Assembly: GCA_051294905.1 (NCBI GenBank)
Contig: CM119372.1
Location: 21,082,001-21,146,000 of the forward strand
Direction: 5' to 3'
Length of the DNA stretch: 64,000 bases
From: Botryllus schlosseri
Taxonomy: Eukaryota
The position numbers and the translations under genes were made by a program. This document shows positions 52,641-64,000 of this stretch, piece by piece. Numbering within the stretch: the stretch's first letter is position 1; the number at the start of each line of letters is the position of its first letter. The notes beneath the pieces are model-generated. The model worked only from the letters and a program-made list of their open reading frames with translations. It ran no database searches and was not told where the DNA came from.

Positions 52641-53399
52641 CAACCACACCGGACAATTTGATATTTTTGTATATTGTTTCAAGAGACGGTGACAAAATAT
52701 GCACCAACAACGACTCCATTCATTTGTGTAATCAAATATTCAGTCGCTCTGATGCATCCCATCAAAATCATTGGTTACTCGCATGCAATAACAATGTGCT
52801 GTTGTACATCGATATGTATGTTTTGGAAATTTGACAATAGGTTTCGATATGTAAGTGATGTTCGGGTTCGTGCTTTGGATTTTCCAGAGTCAAAATGTCT
52901 GAATAAAACACCTCCTCGACTTTGGTACACGGATAATGGCGTTCGGAAAGCGGATGAATTTATGTTCTCCATCGCCCTAACAACTCCGGGTTATTTGCGA
53001 GTTTCCTCGGGTCTGTTTACTATATTGTGTCTTTACTGGTCAATACATGTCGCTCCAGTCAGCTGAAACCGGATCACTAATCTGAGAAAGTGTGTTGACC
53101 GGATCCGGATATTCACTCATGAACCAACGACCAATATTCAAGTAAACATGTTACAGCCCGTGTTTTGTCTCCATGGAAAATACCAATGCATACACCATCA
53201 CACCAAGTACGTCACGATTGTTCACAAGTATTCGCGTAAACGAGGTGTACATACAATGTGTCGGTGTACAAACATCATGGAAAACAAATTCATGTTCTCA
53301 AGTATCATCATGCGACGACTCTGCACATTCAATGTGGGCATAGATGACACACGACATGATACAATGGACAGTGCATTATGCATACCGATATATTCTCAG

Positions 53400-53750
53400 T
53401 CAAATATGCGAACCATGTACTATCATGCATCCCGATTTTCGCTGAATATCCACAACACCAACAAATCTGTACATTTCTTTTCCCTCAACCTTGACGATAG
53501 AGTTGTCCTCCCAATGTACCAATCGAGTGTATGGTTCATCAGGTGTAAAATCCAAATCAAACGTCACCAAGGTATCGTTTTTCATTTTCAATATTTCCAC
53601 CACTGCGTCTTGTCTGTGTCGTAAAACCACGGTGTGAGGCCAGAGGAATCTATGGACAGTTACGCGTAGTCCATCCATGTCCGTGTCAGGTAGCGACAAC
53701 GTTTTCTCAATGGGCTGTGTGGGTACAACGTTTCAATAGGTAGCTGGATC
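53400..53750 (-). pseudogene. Decayed coding sequence of unknown family in the fold-back spacer
   Basis: The ~100-codon open stretch (SLPDTDMDGLRVTVHRFLWPH...) has protein-like composition. Upstream it is broken by a stop codon and the hAT insertion. Confidence 0.35.
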
Positions 53751-53758
53751 AACTAGAC

Positions 53759-54853
53759 CAGGGGTGGGCAAACTACGGCCCGCGGGCCGCATGCGGCCCG
53801 CCACACCGTTCTGTGCGGCCCGCGAGAGTCTAAAGAAACTTATTTTAAATATTGATAAAATTCGCACTAAAAATCGAATTAATGAAGGGACTTCATTAAA
53901 CTTTTTCTTAGTATATTTCACCATGATAATTCGAAGACAGTGGTTCTAAAACTGGGGTACGCCCTCCCTCCACTGAAAATTTTTTTCGCGCTTCGCGCGA
54001 TTCTCATTCACGTCATGATTATTGCTCTGTATTTAGTCTCAATTTCATATTTAAAAATTCCTCATCCACATTCGTAACCATCCGTGCCATCAAACTATTT
54101 GTTAGGTTGCTAGCACCCTATAGTTGCGTTTTGTTATATGACGATAAGGTTGGCCCAAAATTTTTCACCATCACAAGGGGGGGAGCGTGTCTCAAAAAAT
54201 TTGAAAGCCACTGTTATGAGGTAAATACTTCCTTACTTTAGGAATAATTTCTGGCGCGACAGCCCGATCTCAAGGCGCACGCAGTTTGAAAGGTTTCAAC
54301 TATATCACAGAAATCCTAAACGAGATTGACATTATTCGGATGACGAGTGGGATTTCATATTGGCCACTTCATTGCAGTTTTAATTATTTCAGTGATGTGC
54401 TTATAGAAACGATTTGCGCGTGTCTTAGGTAGATTCGTTCTCTGTATGCGTAGAATTGGGGTGTTAATATTTTATCTACACATCGCAGATGCGTGTTTGA
54501 AGCTAACATGGTTATGATGTGTCCTGGAACTGAGCCAAAAGTGGAATTAGTAATTCTATGAACGGATCACTGCTCATAGATTTAAATTGCAATCCTGTTC
54601 TAAGAATCGGGACAAACGGCTTTCATCTCTATAATTTTGACAAATTGGTTATTGAGGTCGACCAGCCTCTGAAATCTCGCCACTATGTTTCTGACGTGTG
54701 TACGATATCATCAAAGCAATGTGTTTTTTTTTAAATAGGAACATATAGAATCTCCATGTCCTCGCCATATAATCTCAGTTTTATACAATGCGGCCCGCGA
54801 ATGGATTTAGATGTTGAATGCGGCCCGCGAGCTCAAAAGTTTGCCCACCCCTG
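53759..54853. mobile_element. hAT-type MITE (CAGGGGTGGGCAAACT family) in the fold-back spacer
   Basis: Perfect TIR CAGGGGTGGGCAAACT, GCGGCCCGC subterminal motifs, perfect 8-bp TSD AACTAGAC (53751-53758 and 54854-54861). Confidence 0.95.
53938..54213. mobile_element. Small MITE nested in the 53759-54853 element
   Basis: Ends CAGTGGTTCT...AAAGCCACTG. Homologous to 24462-24752. TSD not recognisable. Confidence 0.65.
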
Positions 54854-55416
54854 AACTAGACCAAAAGTTTCCAACCGCGATTTATGTTGACCTGTCGAGT
54901 TACGAGATAGCACCCTCTTGCGGTGTGATTAACACGAAATCAGCCTTCAGCTCGCAGAGACACACCCTGGATTACATTATCTAATCGTAATCGAACTCTA
55001 GATTCACACACACACAGAGTCCCTGTTTACGATTTCAATCCGGAATCACTGCTCACGATGTTTAGCTGGAGTCGTTATGTGGGAGTAGCGACATCCGACA
55101 TATTCATCGCGTGAAAGATTGATAACGATGGTAATCGCCAAATACATGAAACCAGGTGAAGTACTGCGGTCTCAGCGAAAAAGTTAGCAGGTTATGACCA
55201 ACGATACGCAGGGGTTGAGTGAGTTACGCAACCCGATTATGTCGAGGTCTGGATCACGATGCAAGTCTACATGAGAATCCGAACAATCTTGCAAAATCAA
55301 GGTGTGAACCCGTGAAAGGATTGTACTCGTGTGAGATTAATTTTTCACAAGTTGGGTGGAGGCGGTTCATACTAAGATCGTGTTACGTCCAATTACGGCT
55401 GCTTGTCTGTCCCCAA

Positions 55417-58400
55417 GTCATCTATGCCCACATTGAATGTACAGAGTCGTCGCATGATGATACTTGAGAACATGAATTTGTTTTCCATGATGTTTGTACA
55501 CCGACACATTGTATGTACACCTCGTTTACGCGAATACTTGTGAACAATCGTGACGTACTTGGTGTGATGGTGTATGCATTGGTATTTTCCATGGAGACAA
55601 AACACGGGCTGTAACATGTTTACTTGAATATTGGTCGTTGGTTCATGAGTGAATATCCGGATCCGGTCAACACACTTTCTCAGATTAGTGATCCGGTTTC
55701 AGCTGACTGGAGCGACATGTATTGACCAGTAAAGACACAATATAGTAAACAGACCCGAGGAAACTCGCAAATAACCCGGAGTTGTTAGGGCGATGGAGAA
55801 CATAAATTCATCCGCTTTCCGAACGCCATTATCCGTGTACCAAAGTCGAGGAGGTGTTTTATTCAGACATTTTGACTCTGGAAAATCCAAAGCACGAACC
55901 CGAACATCACTTACATATCGAAACCTATTGTCAAATTTCCAAAACATACATATCGATGTACAACAGCACATTGTTATTGCATGCGAGTAACCAATGATTT
56001 TGATGGGATGCATCAGAGCGACTGAATATTTGATTACACAAATGAATGGAGTCGTTGTTGGTGCATATTTTGTCACCGTCTCTTGTAACAATATACAAAA
56101 ATATCAAATTGTCCGGTGTGGTTGTCAGTTTTCAAAACGAAAATGGTATTATTACCTAGGGAAAAGATAGATTTCCAAGTGAAAACGGTATTGGTACTCA
56201 GGTAAATGACAGTTTTCCAAGCGAAAAGGATTTGTTACCCAGGGAGAAAATATATTTCCAAAAGAAAATGATTAGTTACTCTAGGTAAAAGTATTTTTCC
56301 AAGTGAAAATGGTTTGTTAGTATGGGTAAACGCCAGATCTCCAAAGGAAAATGATATTTTTACTCAGGTAAACGGTGGATCGTAAAGTGAAAATGGTTTG
56401 TTGCTCAGGGAAAAAGGTTTGTTACCCGGGGAAAAAATATCTTTCCAAGTGAAAAAGGTTTGTTACCCAGGGAAAAGATAGATTTCCAAGTGAAAACGGT
56501 ATTGGTACTCAGGTAAACGACAGATTTCCAAGTGAAAATGTATTGTTACAATGGGTAAACGCCGGATCTCTAAAGGAAAATGATATTTTTACTCAGGTAA
56601 ACGACGACCCGCCGCGTGAAATGGTTTGTTCCTCTGGGAAAAAATATATTTCCAAGTAAAAATGGTCTGTTGCTCAAGGAAAAAATATATTTCCAAGTAA
56701 AAATGATCTGTTGCTCAAGGAAAAAATATATTTCCAAGCGAAAAAAGGTTTGTTACCCAGGGAAAAATAGATTTCCAAAGGAAAGGGGGTTTGTTACTCT
56801 TGGAAACGATAGACCCCCAAGTGAAAATGTTTTGTTACTCTGATTAAACGATAAATCTCCAAAGAATAATGGTGTTTTTACTCAGGTAACGACTGACCTC
56901 CAGGTGAAAATGGTAATTTTACTTGGGTAGGTATCGTATGTTTAGTGTCGTTGGTGTTGTTAAACGTAGCTGTCGAGTTGTACAATATACTTGTCGTGAG
57001 TCTACAATTACAAAGGGAGAGAATGAAATTGCTATTATGAGTGCCAGAAGGTTGTTGTATGTAGATTTGACAGTAACCCTATCATTCGCATATGACAAAC
57101 ACAATCATGGCCATTAACTAACTTGCTCGGTCTAGATCAATGCAAAAGAGATGATTCGTTTTTTTTTGAAACCGTAGCGAAGACCGCATGTAAATCTGTG
57201 CGATAGACTTCTATCTCCTTACATTCAGTTGTGTCGTGTCCATTTTAATACGGGCCCCACGTGTATGACATGCACACACTAACACCGTAAACAGAAGTCG
57301 AAGATTTTGATTAATAAAAATATTTCTTGACTACATCGGAATGTCTATGTTGGAGAAAGTAAATACTTTTATGAAGTTGTGTGTTTAATGAAAGCGATTG
57401 GTTACAAGTATGTGTTGGGGAAAGAAAATTTATTTTTCTGTTTGTGAGGAAATGAAAATAGATTCGTGGTTTTAATTGAATTGTGACTGTGTTGTTTTAA
57501 TGTAAGTTTCAACAGGTAGACTTGACACTGAACAACAATTCGACCCACAAAACATATTCGTTGTATGATTTGTCACTGGTGTGTAAAGGGTTAGGAATAT
57601 TTTGAATGATAATATCTACTAGCTGTTTTGTTGTGAGGGTGATTATGTGATAACTCAGCACTTTTCGTTAGCAAAAGTAGATTGTTTCGTGTGTATGATT
57701 TAGGGACCGCGACTAGAAAACATATATACTCTTTTGTTGGAGTAGCTGATTTATTGTTATGGCATTGATAGAACCATCCGGAAGTGAGTATGCTTTTCTT
57801 TCACGAAAGTTTACGTGGGTCCGTTGTAATAAATTTGTGTTAACTAACTAAACTCGGATGGATACCGCAATTGTGCTAGACTTACACATGGTATTCGCAT
57901 ACTGTACACATACAAACTTTTGTGTAAACAACTCTGATGTTTCTGTTAGTACTAGTTCTGTGTTGAACTATTTGATTATTAAGATACATGAACACCCATT
58001 CAGACAATAAAGGTCTTGTGATATCGAAACAGTTTATAGAGTCTAACCAACCATTCTTTAGTTTCGTAATGCGAGAATATCGAGTAAAGTTAATTACTTA
58101 GTGTGATGTTAATATCCTTCGTACTTTTGTAAGAGTTGTGGAGTAACATACCAAGTAACTAGTTGACACAAACAAAATATTGAATGACTGCTAACGCATT
58201 GAGTTCATAATCCATGAGGGTGAAATTTGTTTACTGTTAAACTAACATAACTCGTATCCAGCAAAACAGATACAATCCGGCGATGTGATGTTGGTCAATA
58301 TCCATTTTGTAAAGATTGAGTAAATCCTCTTCCGTCAGGTGGGTGTGATTCAAGTCGGTCGCATGTTACACATAACCATCATTCGTATTGTGTGATATTG

Positions 58401-61400
58401 TGAAGATGATACCGCAACAACACAACAAGTAATATTTTGTATCGGGTGTTTGCGCGAAGGGTGCGATATTTTGGATATCTGTGTTCGACTGAAACTAGGG
58501 TTGTCCTTGGGTCTTGTGTTGGGTAAATCAGAACTATGCCTAGAATTCAAGCACGTCCGAGTAACGTCTTTTAGTGACAGAGTATTGTGATGACATTTAC
58601 TTTAGCGAATGACAACGGAAAAAAATTCGATTGCATTGTCGGTGTATGTTTTACACAAATAATTCTAGTACACCTAACTATAGGACACATTTGCCAAACA
58701 TCGTACAAATTGTTTCTTTGTTATGGTAACGACTTTCAGCGGCTTGGTTTCATGTCGGGAATTATTATTTTAGGGTTCAAAAACAATCAATACTACAAAT
58801 GAACAACGATACAAAACACGTTTAGTGATAGCAAGTACTTCCTTGATATTACGATTGTTGTGCACTAGACATTTCTAGCTGAATTGAATGCATCCAGCAA
58901 ACATATTCCAATTTACTTTTGTAATGATCAAAGTCTTAGAGTGCAACCTCGTGATATTTTACATTTAGCACGTTCTATAGAAAGTGTGAACGGAGTTGAC
59001 TATTAATCGTGTACTTGGGATAATGCTTTGATATCAAAGATATATTTTCACAAAGATATATTTTCACACTGTGTAATGTTTCGATTCTCTGTTGTGAATA
59101 CCACCAGTAACGACGTTGATGTTAAATCCTCACCCGTGGTTATTGTAAGTGAATCCTAAACATCGCAACAGTCGGTATGGAAATCGAACGCGTGCGATCT
59201 TTTAGATAGGTGACACTAACAAGTTTATTACATCTGTGAAATACTCTGAAACGTCGATTCGTGATTGTGTTAGCTATATTCATCTTCCATATCTGTGGAC
59301 ACAAAGATATCTTGACTTTGGTTACAACTCACTCGAAACGAATTGTCGCGGGCAATCTAAAAAAGCACAAGTCGAAGACGAATGATTTGATTTCAATGAA
59401 CTAAAAAAGTCCTTTTGTTTTGATGTTGGGTTTAATACAATTTGTACGACTATAACGAATCCGATTCCAAAAGTGCTATGTTACATTTAACAAAAAGTTT
59501 GATGACTTGTATTCTGATATTGATAGATGGGAAAAGTAATAGTTTATAAAATCCCGATCATGTTCTTTGTCATGTCTGTGTTCAACAAATATGTGATCAA
59601 GTCTTACCATTCGATATTAACTTTCGCAGTCGGTGTAATTTGTTGAAGTAACAATACCGACGAGTTCAATAATATTCTCCATCGATGTATTCGAATAATC
59701 TGTCAGCTACAAGTGGATTAAAAACTTGATGCAGTTTTGTGGTTAACTCAAGTCAGTGGTCGAGTTTGTGTTGATTTCAGGAATGATCATGACGTGTGGG
59801 CAGGGTAAATTAGTTTATGTGGTTGTAACTATGACCGTAAAGAGTTGCTGACATTCGAATAAGACGAATTGGTGGTATATACCTAAAACCGAACTTGATA
59901 TGTTTGTTGGTTGTAGTGATTACTTGCGTAGTCTTGTCTACTTTTCGTAAGGATACTTTTTGTTTTGGTTTGGTAAGTTACAAACGGATTGACTTGACAA
60001 GGTTTTTTGTATTTTACTCTTTTGTGTATGGGAAGATGTTGAAATGTTGAGACGTAATACTATTTCCGTTCACTCGATTGCAACAAAAAATAACCTGATA
60101 GTTTGTTCAAGGTTTCGACAAATAGATTGAAATATTCCGATTTAACTCATCGCGTCACAAGTCGATCGCGGTATGCACAAGTAGTGGTTGTCAAGTTAGA
60201 AATATTTACAACAGGTGTTATTTCATTGATTGATTCTATTGTGTGTAGTAACACATTAAAATATCGCGATAGTATTTACTGAAACTGATAAACGGAAAAC
60301 TCAGTCGCGAATAGAGTTGTAAGTTTCAAGGATTGTTTCAAAGTATGATCTTGAAATGTGACTGGATCAAAGTTGGTAGTCATGTTTGTCAATATATTTC
60401 AATTCAGACTATGTCAAAGTCCAAATATTTCATTTTAGATTATCTGGATTTACCTTTAGTACATCCCACGAATGGATTCCGACGCCGCGCTATAACATTT
60501 TTGATGATAAGGACTCGAGGATTTTCATGATAGAATTGACGAGTGATAACATGCGTGTTTTTGTTAAGAGTTCGATTTCATGTTGATAAAGACAATAACT
60601 GTATAATGCACATACTTGTGATTCTTGATTCTTGTAGAATTATAGTTGGTATTGATTCTATAAGTGTGAAAACAGCGGCGCGGAATGTGCGAATAATTCG
60701 ATGTGGCTGAAAGTCGGCGTCAGTAATATTCGGGTTATGGTCGAGTCAAAAGATCACGAAAAGATTTCTCAAAATTATTAGAATTGTACCGAATTAACAC
60801 ATTCAGATACGAATCAACTTGGTTTGTGTAGTAAGTTTCATTTCGAGTTGGCAAATTGATACATTGATTGAATATTCTCATAATTCTTATCACGCAACTA
60901 AAGTCAGCCACTGTTCGAAGTGTCAAAACATATAGCGACCACCAGAAAGTGTCAAATTGTTGGTTTTCGAATCACCGTCTACGCCGGCTCTGTGGTAAAC
61001 TAATTACCGAAATATTACCTTGTGAGTGATCGGTATGTCTTTAACACCTAGTCACTAAAAATGGTTATGTCCGAGACATTATCTTGTTAGCGATCGCGGG
61101 ATTTGCAATCTATTTTACACTTTTTGAAGTGTTAATTTACGAGCGCGGTTATTTGTTGCTTGCTTTTCGTGTCGCTGCTGAATACTGAATACTGCTGAAT
61201 GTAATAGCACCGACTGGATTAGTGGAATAATCGATACGATAGTGCGCGCTCCGAATTTCCAAAACGGACGTATTTAGTGGGTCACACAGATCCAAAATAC
61301 AACCGTCAACATCTGGTTTTCAAAATCGCACAATGCACTGCGGATTAGTGAATTTCCTGTTTAGTGATGCCTATACCCGAAAGTATGATATGCGAGAGAT

Positions 61401-61987
61401 GTCTATACCTAAAAGTACGATTCACGACCGCACCCATAAGAACACATGGTGAATCAGCAGAGACCCTGTAAGAATACATGACAGACACATTATCGTCGTT
61501 AGCATGTCGCTGCGCGTATACCTAAAAACATTAGCATGCCACCACGAGTTTCACGTTAGTATGCCGCTGCCGCCTATACCCAAAAGTACGAATCACCAAC
61601 GCAGCCTATACCTGAAAATACGACTCACGAACACACGCCCGTAAGAACACATGGTGAATCAGTAGAGACCCTGTAAGAATACATGACAGGCGAATCACCG
61701 CCACCACCTATAGCAAAAAGTACGAATCACGACCCCGAGTTTTCAATACGAGTTACCGCCACAGCCTATACCCAAAAGTACGAATCACGACCACGAGTTT
61801 TCAATACGAGTCACCGCCGCAGCCTATACCCGAAAGTACGAATCACGACCGCGTCCATAAGAACCCATTACGACTCACCACCACAAGGGGGGTCTGAAAG
61901 TACGAGTCACCACCCCGGGTTTCAATACGAGTCACCACCCCGCCCATAAGAACCCCTGCCACCGGTTGTGCGATCTACTACACTACT
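55417..61987 (-). repeat. Right arm of giant inverted repeat (6571 bp)
   Basis: Begins GTCATCTATGCCCACATTG at 55417, matching ...GGGCATAGATGAC ending at 53348. Confidence 0.98.
56125..56925. repeat. ~41-bp degenerate tandem array, ~19-20 units (right arm)
   Basis: Inverted copy of 52078-52640 with extra units at ~56320-56600. Confidence 0.9.
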
Positions 61988-63251
61988 AGTGGTTCCCAAC
62001 CTTTTTCGACTCATTGCCCCCTTTTCAAACTCCACACCGATCATCGCCCCCCAAATATTGGGAACACAAACATGGGCATGCAGAATGAAATCATCGGCGA
62101 GTTGACTAAGAAAAAGGGTCAACTTTTCGGCTCGACCTCGAAGTTACACTTTTCCAGCTAAATTTTGGTGAGTTGACTAACAAAAAGGTGTTGACTAACA
62201 AAAAGGTGATTTCTCCGACTTTATTCCCAAAGGACCGTAACTTCACTTCGTCAGCCCCCCCCCCCAATACGTTGGTCTTGACCCCCTCTAGAGAACGATA
62301 AAGCAAACTTCTGTACCCCTCAGACCCAACTCCCCGGATACCTCGTTACCGCTACTTCTCAGCACAAATTGTTGGACTCTTTAGTTAGCCGGCTTAATTC
62401 GCGCGAAGCGCGAAAAATTTCTATTATTCATGACTGAATCGGTCAATATGATCGGAAATTGCATAAATATTGCTGTCAATTTTTTATCCTCTCTGCTCAT
62501 GTATTCAGATTTACCGGTAAAGCTGAGTGAGGTGTCTTGGATAATGTAGGGCCCGTAAATAATAATTGAACATATTCGGGCGGACCCGTGGGTATAATGA
62601 CTTCGTTACGTTATGACTTTTCGTGGCCTGTCTGCTATGTCAAAAGATATTCAAATCGCCCATACGTACTAAACTAAAAGACGCACACGATTTCAAATTG
62701 GTATTTCTGCACTGGCAACTACTTTTTCTCGGCGAGATGGCATTTTTTGTGGGGTTCTGATTGGACAGAACAGGAAGATTTGGCGCCAGCCATTTAGGCG
62801 CCTTTGGACAATTAAATATATATGTATATCGTATATATATCGAAGTCGGTCAGCATAAAGGCAGTCCTTTTCCGCCAAGGATTTCTCGTTCTGGCACACT
62901 TCTCGGAGTCGCATGTTACATGGCCTGAAACTTCATATGTCTTGGTGCGTCATGGTGTGATAATGGCTGACGCCGAGATGCCCATTTCTGCACCTCATGC
63001 GTATTATTTCTTGGAGGAAGGGTATCCTATAAGCAAGAAAAATGTGACCACGAAATGGCGTGCAGCGCGAAAAGTTTTTGAAAAAGTGGCAATTGGGGGA
63101 TTGGGTGTGGCAGTTACGGTCATGGACGCCAATATAGCCATTTCAACGCGCCATCGCCCCCCTATCGCCCCCTTCGTCCGTTTTCGACCCCTTGGCTATT
63201 TTCGACCCCTGGACCGACAAATCGCCCACGTTGGGAACCACTGAGTTAACT

Positions 63252-63555
63252 GTTGCGAACGGGCTAACATTTAATCAAATTGACCAAAGTGAATGAATTC
63301 GCCTGGCTTTCGAGGCTGACGGCTATGATCGGCCAAGATATGTCACAAACGTGTTTGGGACTTGGTCATCGAGCACAGTAAAAAATCCACAAGTGTGTAG
63401 AAAAAGAGCTTATGGCAGTGAAACGGAATAATGGACGTTTTTCGATCACATTGGACGAATCAACTTCTACACGCAACAGGCGGTGAATGAATTTAAACGC
63501 TCATTATCCGGGTGGCTTTCGATCGCTGGGTTTCATTCGTATTCACGGGAGCATG
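63252..63555 (+). pseudogene. hAT transposase remnant, continuation to the first catalytic Asp region
   Basis: VANGLTFNQIDQSE*IRLAFEADGY..., then GRFSITLDESTSTRNRR*MNLNAH...LGFIRIHGSM after a frameshift. Confidence 0.8.
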
Positions 63556-63701
63556 TTTTTGCGTCAATATTACAACGAATTAATGTTGTTTGTGTAGCTT
63601 GTTTCTGTATTTTACTACTTTGCTAATCCCGGGATTGAGAAGCGAAAATCCCGATCCCGGGATTTCAAATTTGATCCCGAAGTCCCAACCCTAGTAAACT
63701 C

Positions 63702-63872
63702 CACAACTGCAACACCAATGGGTTCGAGTCCGACCGATGTCGACTCAAGAATTCCTACCCAAGTGTCAGGGGTTTATCTAGGCTCCTCCTGGCCATCTCA
63801 TCCGTGTTAGCGGTGTCTTATGAATGCCTAGAAGTGGTCCGTGCTATAATTCGGCCGCTACGGAATAAAAAA
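63702..63872 (+). mobile_element. tRNA-derived SINE, 3' piece (B box, body, A-rich tail)
   Basis: GGTTCGAGTCC B box at 63721-63731 and AATAAAAAA tail at 63864-63872. Confidence 0.7.
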
Positions 63873-64000
63873 TGGAGGAAATTGGCATGGTGTAAATGAC
63901 CATAGTATTCAACACACAACATAAACACCTCAAAACAAACAAATTGGGTTCACAAGGTTTTTAGATTTATGGTAGAACTGTTATGTAGAGACTAATTCTT

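Larger units (their letters stand above)
46974..53348 (+). repeat. Left arm of giant inverted repeat (6375 bp)
   Basis: Reverse complement of 55417-61987. Mirrored ORFs in the track confirm it (e.g. 48037 vs 60926, 50395 vs 58550, 52674 vs 56091). Confidence 0.98.
46974..61987. mobile_element. 15.0-kb fold-back element with Polinton/Maverick-type ends, non-autonomous
   Basis: Termini AGTAGTGTAGTA.ATCGCACAACCGG at both ends. 6-bp TSD AATGGT / AGTGGT. Inverted arms of 6.4-6.6 kb. No long ORFs. The structure is certain and the family assignment is inferred. Confidence 0.75.
46967..63243. mobile_element. hAT-type MITE (~1.26 kb net), split 7 bp inside its left TIR by the fold-back element
   Basis: Reconstituted TIR CAGTGGTTCCCAAC / GTTGGGAACCACTG. 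Perfect 8-bp TSD AGTTAACT (46959-46966 and 63244-63251). Confidence 0.9.
46380..63693 (+). mobile_element. Deleted hAT element with ATCCCGGGAT subterminal repeats (outer host of the nest)
   Basis: TIR TAGCGTTGGGA / TCCCAACCCTA. Perfect 8-bp TSD GTAAACTC (46372-46379 and 63694-63701). Contains a transposase remnant. Confidence 0.9.

Noticed and set aside
46974..61987. Assembly artefact (fold-back chimeric read)
   Set aside because: Three nested TSD pairs and a transposase frame match across the two flanks, and the arms differ by discrete duplications. Read-level confirmation is still advisable.
46974..61987. Autonomous Polinton/adintovirus
   Set aside because: No ORF over ~160 aa and no recognisable pPolB, integrase, ATPase, protease or capsid motifs.

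Overview
This is AT-rich animal genomic DNA with spliceosomal introns. An invertebrate such as an ascidian is plausible, but that is inference. Two host genes are supported. One is a minus-strand, three-exon secreted kringle protein at the left edge (signal peptide plus one complete kringle). The other is a PTEN orthologue whose entire 409-codon CDS lies in one exon (42187-43416). Most of the rest is DNA transposons, many delimited exactly by terminal inverted repeats (TIRs) and target-site duplications (TSDs): several hAT MITEs, a 4.4-kb P element with a decayed transposase, a CAC-ended element, satellites and palindromes. The dominant structure is a 15.0-kb element (46974-61987) made of two ~6.4-6.6-kb near-identical inverted arms. 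It has AGTAGT...ACTACT termini and a 6-bp TSD, i.e. Polinton/Maverick-type ends, but no recognisable Polinton genes, and it looks like a fold-back (copy-back) defective derivative. It sits in a six-level nest: tRNA-derived SINE > BED-finger hAT > hAT MITE > fold-back element > hAT MITE > MITE. Four of the five insertions are confirmed by their own TSD.
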